Origin: Candidatus Binatia bacterium | Lineage (GTDB): Bacteria > Desulfobacterota > Binatia > Bin18 | Assembly (NCBI GenBank): GCA_963664395.2 | Contig: OY761159.2 | Coordinates: forward strand, 2,848,001 to 2,912,000 | Reading direction: 5' to 3' | Length of the DNA: 64,000 nt | In this document: positions 19,443-27,684 of the stretch, one piece after another | How positions within the stretch are numbered: the stretch's first letter is position 1 | Layout: every line of letters begins with the position of its first letter | Notes under the pieces: model-generated | Told to the model about the DNA's origin: nothing | The model's database searches: none | The model's input: the letters and a program-made list of their open reading frames with translations, nothing else | Program-made: the position numbers and the translations under genes

Positions 19443-20132
19443 TTAGCGCTCCACGGCAGAGCGCGCTGCATCAACCGGACGACATGCTGCTGTGCGGACC
19501 GAAGGCGTATGCGCCTCGGGCGCGTGGAGTCGGCTCCGGAGCATCTTTTTGAAGCGTGCAAGCAGATGGGGTGCATTGATGCCACTTTGTACATCAACAA
19601 GTTGCTGGATAAGTAATCCGTTCAACATTGCCATAATCAAGGCCGCGTCTTCAGCCGGCTGAATATCAGGCACAAAGACCTTCGTTTTTCGGCCCTGATT
19701 CAGAATAGAGGTCAGAAGCTGCTGATACACGCGGTAGAGGTCGCTGACACGGTCAACAACCTCTTTTGCGTTCTCGTCCTCACGGACGACCTGGCCCAGG
19801 ACAAATTTGACTGACGATAAATGGTCAGTGATAAATCCGTAATAATCATCAATCAGTTTTTCAAATTGTTCCTGTTCACTCAGCCCATGCAAGCCGGTAT
19901 CATCGATAGAATACGGAGACAGGAAGTTCTGTAGGGCAGTACGAAAGAGGTCATCCTTGCTGTTGAAATGCCACAGGATGAGTGCTTTACTAACCTCCGC
20001 AGACCGGGCAACTTGAGCCAATGAGGTATCGGCATACCCCTGTGTGGCAAACAGCCGTCCGGCAACGTCGAGAATTTTCTCGCGCGTCTTCACACAGGCA
20101 CGGTAAGTAAAAAGTGTGAGACTGTCAAACAC
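19443..20132 (-). CDS. TetR/AcrR family transcriptional regulator
   Basis: TREKILDVA.RLFA.QGY..TSL.QVA..AEVSKALILWHF.SK HTH; true start may be GTG ~20093. Confidence 0.88.
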   Translation of the reverse strand: MFDSLTLFTYRACVKTREKILDVAGRLFATQGYADTSLAQVARSAEVSKALILWHFNSKDDLFRTALQNFLSPYSIDDTGLHGLSEQEQFEKLIDDYYGFITDHLSSVKFVLGQVVREDENAKEVVDRVSDLYRVYQQLLTSILNQGRKTKVFVPDIQPAEDAALIMAMLNGLLIQQLVDVQSGINAPHLLARFKKMLRSRLHAPEAHTPSVRTAACRPVDAARSAVER

Positions 20133-20188
20133 GCCGGAGTAACGGCCTCACACCAACCGAAAAAAAGAAAAGGACATCTTTCACCTGT

Positions 20189-21664
20189 ATGCGTGACAGC
20201 GGCCTTCGTTTGAGCATCCTCGTCTTGGTTCTGAGCAGTGTGCTCCGCGGGACGGTGCTCTGGTCTCCGCCCTCCGCACCTGTCCCACCTTCTCCCGCTG
20301 CCGTTCAAGCCCTTCACATTCAGCGTCCAACAGTCGCCGATATCCAACAACGGGGCGTGCTCACGGTGCTCATGCACCATGATGCAGCTTCCTATTTTCT
20401 CTACCGTGGTGAGGAACATGGGTTTGAATATGAGCTGGCGCTCGGGTTTGCGCAGCAGCTCGGTGTCACACTCCAGGTCCGGACCCCTCCCCCAGGCGTT
20501 GCTCTCACGCACTGGCTCGTTGAGGGCAACGGCGATATTGCAGCCGGTGTTATTGTCACAGCCGGTGGCTCGTCCGCTCGTGTCCGGTACTCTCACCCCT
20601 ATATTGCTACGGATATCCAGATCGTTACCCATGCAGACCATCCTCATATGCCGTCGCTGCCTCACAATGCCGACCAAGGTCCACAAGATGCGCTGCCTGC
20701 AAGCTCCGTTCCTCCTGCCGCGTCCGTTCGCCCTGACATTGTACTGAAAGATGCTCCGGCTCCCCTCCGGCAGGCCCTGCTGTCTGGTGGCTTATCCGGT
20801 CTCACCTTATCGGCAACGATGAAAAAGCAGGCCCTCTTTGCTCCAGCCCTGACACCAGTCGTAGAGCTCGTACATACTGTCTATCCAGAGACACTGCGTA
20901 GTGTGTATACCCTCCCGGAGTCGGCCCGAATAGGCTGGGCGGTCCGGCCGGAACAATTGGAACTCTTAGCCGCGGTGAATCAGTATCACGCCCAAACGAA
21001 GCGTTCCGGTCTACGGAAAATTTTGTACGAAAAATACTTTACAACCACCCGTTTTCTCCGTTCGGACGAATCAACCGTATTCTCCAACCGTTTGTCGCAG
21101 TACGACCCCCTCATCGCGCGGTATGCTGAGCAGGCCGGCTTTGATTGGCGTCTTATCGCGGCTCTTATTTTTGAGGAATCACGTTTTGACCCGAAGCGGA
21201 CGAGTCGGCGGGGCGCGCAGGGCCTCATGCAAGTCACGGATATTGCCGCGCGTGAGGTTGGAGTGAAAAATTTTCGCACCCCGCACGGCAACCTTGAAGC
21301 GGGGGTCAAATATCTACAATTTCTTCTTAAACAATTTCCTGACGGACGGGCCCAGGATCGTCTCGCCTTTGCCCTGAGTGGATATCTGCTCGGCCCGAGT
21401 CGCGTCAGAGCAGCCCAACGGCTCGCCCAAGTACTTGGCTACGACCCGCATTGTTGGCAAGACTCCGTTGAGCACGTTTTCCCCCTCTTGGAAGACTCCC
21501 AGTATTATCGGCAGATTGGCGCCGATTTTGTCCCCGGCAGTGCGGCAGTGCGGTATGCGAATGCCATTCTCAAGCGCTATGAATTATATACGCGCTATAT
21601 CCCGCGGGTGCTACCTGCTGCTGATAATGCAGCACTTCAGTCGGCACGGGCCACTAACCACTGA
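20189..21664 (+). CDS. mltF: MltF-like protein (solute-binding domain + SLT domain)
   Basis: GFEYELA, DWRLIAALIFEESRFDP, GAQGLMQV. Confidence 0.75.
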   Translation: MRDSGLRLSILVLVLSSVLRGTVLWSPPSAPVPPSPAAVQALHIQRPTVADIQQRGVLTVLMHHDAASYFLYRGEEHGFEYELALGFAQQLGVTLQVRTPPPGVALTHWLVEGNGDIAAGVIVTAGGSSARVRYSHPYIATDIQIVTHADHPHMPSLPHNADQGPQDALPASSVPPAASVRPDIVLKDAPAPLRQALLSGGLSGLTLSATMKKQALFAPALTPVVELVHTVYPETLRSVYTLPESARIGWAVRPEQLELLAAVNQYHAQTKRSGLRKILYEKYFTTTRFLRSDESTVFSNRLSQYDPLIARYAEQAGFDWRLIAALIFEESRFDPKRTSRRGAQGLMQVTDIAAREVGVKNFRTPHGNLEAGVKYLQFLLKQFPDGRAQDRLAFALSGYLLGPSRVRAAQRLAQVLGYDPHCWQDSVEHVFPLLEDSQYYRQIGADFVPGSAAVRYANAILKRYELYTRYIPRVLPAADNAALQSARATNH

Positions 21665-21764
21665 AGACCTTCCATAAAATCACGCTTGTTAATGCGAGGT
21701 TAAACCCGGCCATCCATTTAATCACCATGAGTGGAGACGCGCTCGGCTGCCGCCTATCCACCCC

Positions 21765-22682
21765 TCACGTGACGTGATTGTTGAAGCGGTCGTTGACCTC
21801 TCGATGAATATAGAAAATGGCTCTCCCGATTTGATCCGCGGTCCAGGTAATGCACGGGAAGTCGGCATAGGTTATATACCCACCTGAGAAGACTTCATTC
21901 CGATTGCCGTTCGGCCCTAAGAAATAAATCGTTGTGCCGCGGGTAATCCCATGCCGAGCCGGGCCGAAATCGATATCCACATTGTTCCGCCCCAGGATAT
22001 CGCCGGCCCGCAAGATGTCATTCCAGCTATCCAGCCAGAAGGCGAAGTGGTGCAGCTTCCCGTTTGGGCCTTTGACAAACGCAATGTCGTGCGCCTTGTT
22101 CGAGCAAAACAGAAACGCCCCCAGGAGTTCTTCGTTATTGGGATCAGGGATAATCCGCTCGCTCATCCGAAAGCCCAGGACCTGGGTGAAAAAATCCACG
22201 TTGGTCTGCACATCGGCGGCCGTCAATAACAGGTGGTCCAACCGGTCCGGCCCGATGCTGCCGGCCGGCTTGTCCCTCGGCCAGGGGTCCGGGTTAAGCA
22301 CGCCCACCTGCGTGCCGCTCTGCTCCGCTTCAGCGTACAGTTCCAACACATGCTCGGACGGGAGCGTACAGCGCAGCGCTTGTCCGATACCCAGATTCTC
22401 ACCCGCCGAGACCCGGCTGACGCTGAGACCGAACTGCTCCGCTCCTTTCTCAATCCGGGCCAAGTCGTCGTGCGTAGCGACTTTATAGCCCATCTTCACC
22501 AAGCCCAGTCCACCATTTTCAACGACTAGGCTGTGGTGGTCATATTCGTCCCAACATTTGAAATAATGTTTTCCATCCTGGCGGGCGACTTCCTGTAGCC
22601 CCAAGACATTGGTGTAGTAGTCAACCGCTTTCTCCAGGTCCGATTCGCGGGTATGCACATACCCGAGTCGCATCACACTCAT
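21765..22682 (-). CDS. xylE: Catechol 2,3-dioxygenase (extradiol)
   Basis: KCWDEYDHHS, LDHLLL, AHDIAF, LHHFAF, RHGITRGTTIYF, NRNEVF. Confidence 0.88.
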   Translation of the reverse strand: MSVMRLGYVHTRESDLEKAVDYYTNVLGLQEVARQDGKHYFKCWDEYDHHSLVVENGGLGLVKMGYKVATHDDLARIEKGAEQFGLSVSRVSAGENLGIGQALRCTLPSEHVLELYAEAEQSGTQVGVLNPDPWPRDKPAGSIGPDRLDHLLLTAADVQTNVDFFTQVLGFRMSERIIPDPNNEELLGAFLFCSNKAHDIAFVKGPNGKLHHFAFWLDSWNDILRAGDILGRNNVDIDFGPARHGITRGTTIYFLGPNGNRNEVFSGGYITYADFPCITWTADQIGRAIFYIHREVNDRFNNHVT

Positions 22683-22740
22683 AGGTCTCTCTCCTGCGTC
22701 GTATTCATCTCAGCTTTACATCGCTCATCTCGTACTGTCT

Positions 22741-23025
22741 AGGGTCAGGCCGCATGAATTGCTCCAGAAGAGGATGGGGGCCGCGAGGCAGAGGGCAGAG
22801 AAGACCGGGTGGGCACGGCGGTCAGAGCGGGTGGCACGGGGGGCAGGCAAGGGCGGATGCCGCGCCCGGTCAGGGCTGCGGGGCAGGAACGGGAGCAGCA
22901 CGGCGGCGCCCGGATGGTCGCTCCGTTGGCCTTCGGTCAGGCGCAGGACTCGGGGACGGCCTGCGCCGTCACACCCGGCGGGGAGTGTGGAGTTCCCCCC
23001 GCCCTCCCAGGAGATACGCTTCCGT
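22741..23025 (-). mobile_element. Degenerate IS5-family (IS427-like) transposase relic
   Basis: Minus strand: GGGNSTLPAGCDGAGRP.VL.LTEGQRSDH.GAA.LLP; shifted frame AALTGRGIRPCLPP; then ATRSDRRAH.VFSALCLAA.ILFW. Matches recalled IS5 consensus blocks with two deletions; CTAG at boundary 22739. Confidence 0.7.
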
Positions 23026-23043
23026 CTCCATGGTGGCATCCGA

Positions 23044-24333
23044 TCAGACGATTGTCCTGGCTCCCATATTCCAGCAGGCAAAGGAACCCGGTGCGATGGC
23101 CTGTGGAGTAAAGGGCGGCGTGAGAGGCAGAGTATAGACCGTGGGAGAGGTCGTGGTACGCGTTGCAGCCGGTCCGGGAATATGGCCGGTAAAGGTCAGC
23201 ATTGTCCCATCCGGGGCGAGCAAGGGGTGAGAGCCGGTATACTGGTCAAAAAATGAAAACTGGAGCGTTTGTTCTCTGCTCGGCAGAAATCGGACCAGTT
23301 CCAGGCTTTCTCCCGTCAGCCGGTCATACCGATGCCACCTGAGCTGGCTGTGGTGTGTGTCTACACTCAGATAGAACAGACTGGTCCCCTGTGGAGCCCA
23401 CAGAAATCCTGCGACTGGCGTTTCGAGGAGGAGCGTGCTCCGACCAGTGGATAGGTCGAGCATATGCAGAGAGGGAAAGAGCAGAGAGCCCTGACGTTGT
23501 GTACTGCCAAAGGCCAGGGCCTGTCCGTCCGGTGACCACAGGGCGGAAGTCATACCGCTTGTGTGGCTAATGGGAGCGCTCTCTCCACTCTGGATATCGA
23601 AAAGCCGCAAGGTCTGGACGCCATCTGCATTCCGCTCCACATAGGTGAGTAAATCGCCGTCCGGGGACCAGACAGGAACGCGGAATGTCCCCGGACTGAC
23701 ACTGATCTCCCGTACGATGTCTCCTGTTGTGGTCTCAAGCAGCACAACCCGCCCGGCAGTTGCGTTGTCGCCTGCGTGCGCTGCCACAAGCTGCCCCTGC
23801 GGAGCCCACGACCAAAAGAGCGGCGCGCCGGTGAGCAGGGTGTTCGTCTTACCGGGCTGGGCCATGACAATCGTTTCCAGCGAAAGCTGGCGGTCTCCAC
23901 GCTGCACCAGGACGGTAAACATGTCAGCCTGTGGCGACCAGTTGCCATAAATAGGAGTTCCCTGCCCCAGGCCGGCCCGTTCCCAGGATTCAACGCCATC
24001 GGCTGAAACCGTATACACACTCGTCGGCCCGCCCTCACCGTGCCGGGCAAAGCAGGCGAGCTGTTCACTATCAGGCGACCAGGTCGGCCAGGTATAGGTC
24101 ATGGGGGGTGGGGCAGGCTGCGCCTCGGTAGGGTCCTGAGGAGCCTGAGGGTTCTGCCGCGTATGCTGAGCTTGCCAACTCCAAGTGAGTTGGTGGGCCG
24201 TGTCTGACGGGAAGCGGCGCACAAAAATTTGCCCGTCCGGCCCAATATAAGCAAGCTGGATAGGTTGAGTAGCACGAGAAGCGTTGGAAGGGCCAGACTG
24301 ACCGTGCTGACCCGGCGGACGGCTTTCACTCAC
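23044..24333 (-). CDS. TolB/PD40-like beta-propeller protein
   Basis: Repeated WSPD/WAP blade motifs; no signal peptide. Confidence 0.75.
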   Translation of the reverse strand: MSESRPPGQHGQSGPSNASRATQPIQLAYIGPDGQIFVRRFPSDTAHQLTWSWQAQHTRQNPQAPQDPTEAQPAPPPMTYTWPTWSPDSEQLACFARHGEGGPTSVYTVSADGVESWERAGLGQGTPIYGNWSPQADMFTVLVQRGDRQLSLETIVMAQPGKTNTLLTGAPLFWSWAPQGQLVAAHAGDNATAGRVVLLETTTGDIVREISVSPGTFRVPVWSPDGDLLTYVERNADGVQTLRLFDIQSGESAPISHTSGMTSALWSPDGQALAFGSTQRQGSLLFPSLHMLDLSTGRSTLLLETPVAGFLWAPQGTSLFYLSVDTHHSQLRWHRYDRLTGESLELVRFLPSREQTLQFSFFDQYTGSHPLLAPDGTMLTFTGHIPGPAATRTTTSPTVYTLPLTPPFTPQAIAPGSFACWNMGARTIV

Positions 24334-25024
24334 GCTTGGCTCCCTCTAAAATCAGGATGGGCTTCTTCTGGCCTCGTTTTCGTCTCAGGAGGATATACAT
24401 AGCACCGGGTCCGCCATCATGGATACGTGCGCTGGAAAAGGCTAATATCATTTTGGCCAACCGGCCTCGGGTGAGCCACTGTTTCAGCTTATCCTTGAGG
24501 ATCGGGAATTGCCCAGGCGAGTTTTTGCCGCGTCCATGAATGATGAGGACGCAGCGGACGCCAGCCTGGGTGGCCTGACTGAGAAACTGCTCCAGCTCGG
24601 GCTTGGCCTCATCGGTCTTCATGCCATGTAAGTCCAAGGCCGCTTGGCGAGCAAATTTTCCTTGTCTGAGCTTCTGGACCAAACGCGTATCAAGGCCAAC
24701 GACACAGCCCTCGACATACTCGTCGGTATCCGTGACATCAAAGTCACTCCGCCCGGCGACGAGGTCATACAACTCGGTAATGGCTTCGTTCTCACTTTCC
24801 TGCAGAGAACGGCGGGTGACGGCGGGTGGCGGATTGCTGACACGCGAGTCCTGCTTGAGTCGGGTGACATCTCGCATTTCCCGCTGGAAAAGGTCCTCGG
24901 GGCTTTCCTCATTATTTCCAGCGGGATTGGGGGTACTCCGCGGCAAAGCCGATGCGGCTCGCTCCGCTATGGATGGCTTGACCGTCTTTTTGAGTTGGCG
25001 AAAAGGCGTATTGAAGCCCGCCAT
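24326..25024 (-). CDS. Smr domain protein (SmrA/SmrB-like)
   Basis: KLRQG, LDLHG, IIHGRG, GGPGAMYILL. Confidence 0.9.
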   Translation of the reverse strand: MAGFNTPFRQLKKTVKPSIAERAASALPRSTPNPAGNNEESPEDLFQREMRDVTRLKQDSRVSNPPPAVTRRSLQESENEAITELYDLVAGRSDFDVTDTDEYVEGCVVGLDTRLVQKLRQGKFARQAALDLHGMKTDEAKPELEQFLSQATQAGVRCVLIIHGRGKNSPGQFPILKDKLKQWLTRGRLAKMILAFSSARIHDGGPGAMYILLRRKRGQKKPILILEGAKRE

Positions 25025-25092
25025 GGCTCTGCATGCTACACGGGAAACAGCCTGAGGACAAGCAACCGGGGGGGGCGAGACAACACGATTCG

Positions 25093-25122
25093 TTGCCTGC
25101 CCCGATTGCCTGTGTGTATAAT
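25093..25122 (+). promoter_or_regulatory. Putative sigma-70 promoter of rlpA (probably leaderless)
   Basis: TTGCCT-N18-TATAAT with TG extension; 8 nt before ATG 25131. Confidence 0.55.
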
Positions 25123-25130
25123 TACAGGCT

Positions 25131-25919
25131 ATGCGGGGGCGGAGGTGGCAGGTGTGGATGCTGATGAGTATCTTGGCTGGATGCAGCGCTTCGCCGCGGC
25201 CCGTTCAGACCGCTCGGTTTTTTCCCGCCGCTCCTGTAGATACCCCTCTCCAGCCTGCACCTGAGTCCCCGACAGAGCTAAAGAACATGTCCGCCTCGCC
25301 GCCATCCGAGCAGAGAACCGAGGCACAATTTGAACCACGGCTTGTGGTTCGTTCTGCCCGCTCTGTGCAGACCGGAATCGCCTCATGGTATGGGCCGGGA
25401 TTTCATGGCAAGCGAACGGCAAACGGGGAAACCTATAATCAGTACGCCCTGACTGCGGCCCACCGCAGCCTGCCTCTGGGAACCCGTGTGATAGTGACAA
25501 ACATTGAGAGTGGACAGGCGGTTGAAGTCCGCATCAACGACCGCGGCCCATTTGTGAAAGGCCGTATTATCGACTTATCTTTTGCTGCGGCAAAAAGTAT
25601 TGGCGTGTATACCCCAGGGACCGCTCCGGTTCGAGTCGAGGTCCTCTCCGCTCCGACCCCTCGACTCTCTGTCCTATATGCCGTCCAAGTTGGAGCTTAC
25701 ACCGATGCGGACAAAGCCTCTGCCTTGAAGCACTTTTTAACAAAGCGGTTCTCGCCAGTGTATATCAGTCTGTTGTCAACCGGACGGTTTCGATACTATC
25801 AGGTGCGCCTCGGACCGTTCACTGCCCGCCCGCACGCCGAACACCAAGCGCGCTTCGTTGCCCAGGCTGGCCTGCAAGGCCTTGTGGTAGAAGAAGATGA
25901 TCGCTGGGCTGAGTGGTAA
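25131..25919 (+). CDS. rlpA: Septal ring lytic transglycosylase RlpA lipoprotein
   Basis: Lipobox LAGC, GIASWYG, TAAHRSLP, RINDRGPF, IIDLS; C-terminal SPOR domain. Confidence 0.92.
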   Translation: MRGRRWQVWMLMSILAGCSASPRPVQTARFFPAAPVDTPLQPAPESPTELKNMSASPPSEQRTEAQFEPRLVVRSARSVQTGIASWYGPGFHGKRTANGETYNQYALTAAHRSLPLGTRVIVTNIESGQAVEVRINDRGPFVKGRIIDLSFAAAKSIGVYTPGTAPVRVEVLSAPTPRLSVLYAVQVGAYTDADKASALKHFLTKRFSPVYISLLSTGRFRYYQVRLGPFTARPHAEHQARFVAQAGLQGLVVEEDDRWAEW

Positions 25920-25939
25920 ATGGTCCGTTGCGACTCTCG

Positions 25940-26197
25940 TCACCGCTCGCTAGGCAGAGGGCGGCTCAGACGACGGCGCAGGGCTCCGGCGGTGAGCCGA
26001 TATTTGAATGCCTTCCGGCCGTTGACAAAAAGCACGGGAATGTTCTGGCCAAAGCGGGCTTCGAGTTCCGGCCGGGTTGAAATATCGATTTCTGTCAAGG
26101 TGAAGGCTGTGTCGGTCCGGACTTTAGCCACAATCGCTTTCATGTCTTCACACAAACAGCAGCCAGGACGAGAATATAACGTCACCGAGATCGTCAT
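25940..26197 (-). CDS. Glutaredoxin-like protein (DUF836)
   Basis: LYSRPGCCLC...EIDI...IPVL. Confidence 0.85.
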   Translation of the reverse strand: MTISVTLYSRPGCCLCEDMKAIVAKVRTDTAFTLTEIDISTRPELEARFGQNIPVLFVNGRKAFKYRLTAGALRRRLSRPLPSER

Positions 26198-27543
26198 GCT
26201 TCCTCTTCTGCCAGGGGGACGGAGGGGGCAGGCGTGACATCTGGCAATTTTTCTATTTTGACCTGGGCGACATGATGATTATCGGTTTTGAGGACGGTCA
26301 TGCGAAGAGTATCGTACTCAAATATCTCGTTGACCTCAGGGATGCGCCCGAGCCACTTGTTGATGAATCCACCCACGCTGGTGTAGTCGTTCCCCTCGGG
26401 CAGCTTAAATTCATTAATGTGATCGTTGACATCGGAAATAGAAAGGGCCGCGTTGATGATGTAGGTCTGATCGGAGACTTTTTCAATATCGTGATTTTCG
26501 CTATCGTGCTCGTCTTGAATTTCTCCAACCAGCTCCTCAAGAACGTCTTCCATGGTGACGAGGCCGGCCGTGCTGCCGAACTCATCCACAACGATTGCAA
26601 GATGTACCTTGCGGCGTTGAAACTCCCGCAGCAGATCATCGATTGGCTTCGTCTCCGGCACAAAGAACGCGGGCCGGAGGAGGTCGCGCAGAATGATCAG
26701 ATCACGATGTTCCATTAAGGTAATGAGATCTTTTGCATGCACAACGCCAATAATATTGTCGAGTGAATCTTCATACACCGGTATCCGGCTATAGCCGCCT
26801 TCCACCAGGAGATTGACCAAGGCACTGCGGGAGGAGGTGACCTCAATTGCTGCAATATTGGTCCGGGGAACCATGATTTCCCGTACAGTGGTCTCCCCAA
26901 ACTCAAAGACGTTCTCAATGAGTTCGTGCTCCTCTTCCTCGATAGTGCCGCCCTCGCGCCCCTGCTCAAGCAGGAAGCGCAGCTCTTCACCCGAGTGGTA
27001 GTGCTCCGCCTCGCTCGCCGGCCTGATGCCAAACAGCCGCAGCACCTGATTGGAGACCCAGTTCAGGGCCACAATCGCCGGCGAAAAGATCAGATAAAAA
27101 AACCACAACGGAAAGGCGATGGCCAGCGTTGTTGATTGGGAGTGCTGAATGGCGATCGATTTGGGGGCCAGTTCGCCAAAGACAATATGAAGAAATGTGA
27201 TCAGGATAAAGGCCACCGGCAGGGCGATACGATGCGCCAACTCCGGGTCGGCTTCCACGCCAACCAGGTGCATGATCTCAATAATGAGTTTGGCGACAAC
27301 CGGCTCGCCGATCCAGCCCAAGCCCAGAGAAGCCAGGGTAATGCCGAGTTGGGTCGCCGACAGGTAGGCATCCAGGTGAGAGATGAGATGCTGGCCCATC
27401 TTGGCCGTTCGGCTGCCGGACTGAACCAGGAGTTCGATCTGGGACGCACGAACCTTGACGATTGCAAACTCTGCCGCGACAAAAAAGGCGTTGGCCAGGA
27501 CCAGCAGGAGTGTGATCAGTAGACCGAGGGCGGGACTCTCCAT
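26194..27543 (-). CDS. HlyC/CorC family transporter (DUF21-CBS-CorC)
   Basis: NAFFVAAEFA, TQLGIT, GELAPK, YSRIPVY, VVDEFG, EELVGEI. Confidence 0.93.
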   Translation of the reverse strand: MESPALGLLITLLLVLANAFFVAAEFAIVKVRASQIELLVQSGSRTAKMGQHLISHLDAYLSATQLGITLASLGLGWIGEPVVAKLIIEIMHLVGVEADPELAHRIALPVAFILITFLHIVFGELAPKSIAIQHSQSTTLAIAFPLWFFYLIFSPAIVALNWVSNQVLRLFGIRPASEAEHYHSGEELRFLLEQGREGGTIEEEEHELIENVFEFGETTVREIMVPRTNIAAIEVTSSRSALVNLLVEGGYSRIPVYEDSLDNIIGVVHAKDLITLMEHRDLIILRDLLRPAFFVPETKPIDDLLREFQRRKVHLAIVVDEFGSTAGLVTMEDVLEELVGEIQDEHDSENHDIEKVSDQTYIINAALSISDVNDHINEFKLPEGNDYTSVGGFINKWLGRIPEVNEIFEYDTLRMTVLKTDNHHVAQVKIEKLPDVTPAPSVPLAEEEA

Positions 27544-27684
27544 GCGTGTGCTTCATACCTCCCGGCTGGCTGGGGGAAGCCGCAGTTGAGTCTCAGACCA
27601 CGGGCCATCAGATGGAGGGTCGTCCATACACGAGAGAGCATAATACGAGTCGGCCCTGTATTGCAAGTAGGAATCGGCCCGGCT

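Noticed and set aside
22725-23256. Several overlapping Arg/Gly/Pro-rich ORFs, or a structured ncRNA
   Set aside because: Better explained as stop-poor frames of the GC-shifted IS5 relic
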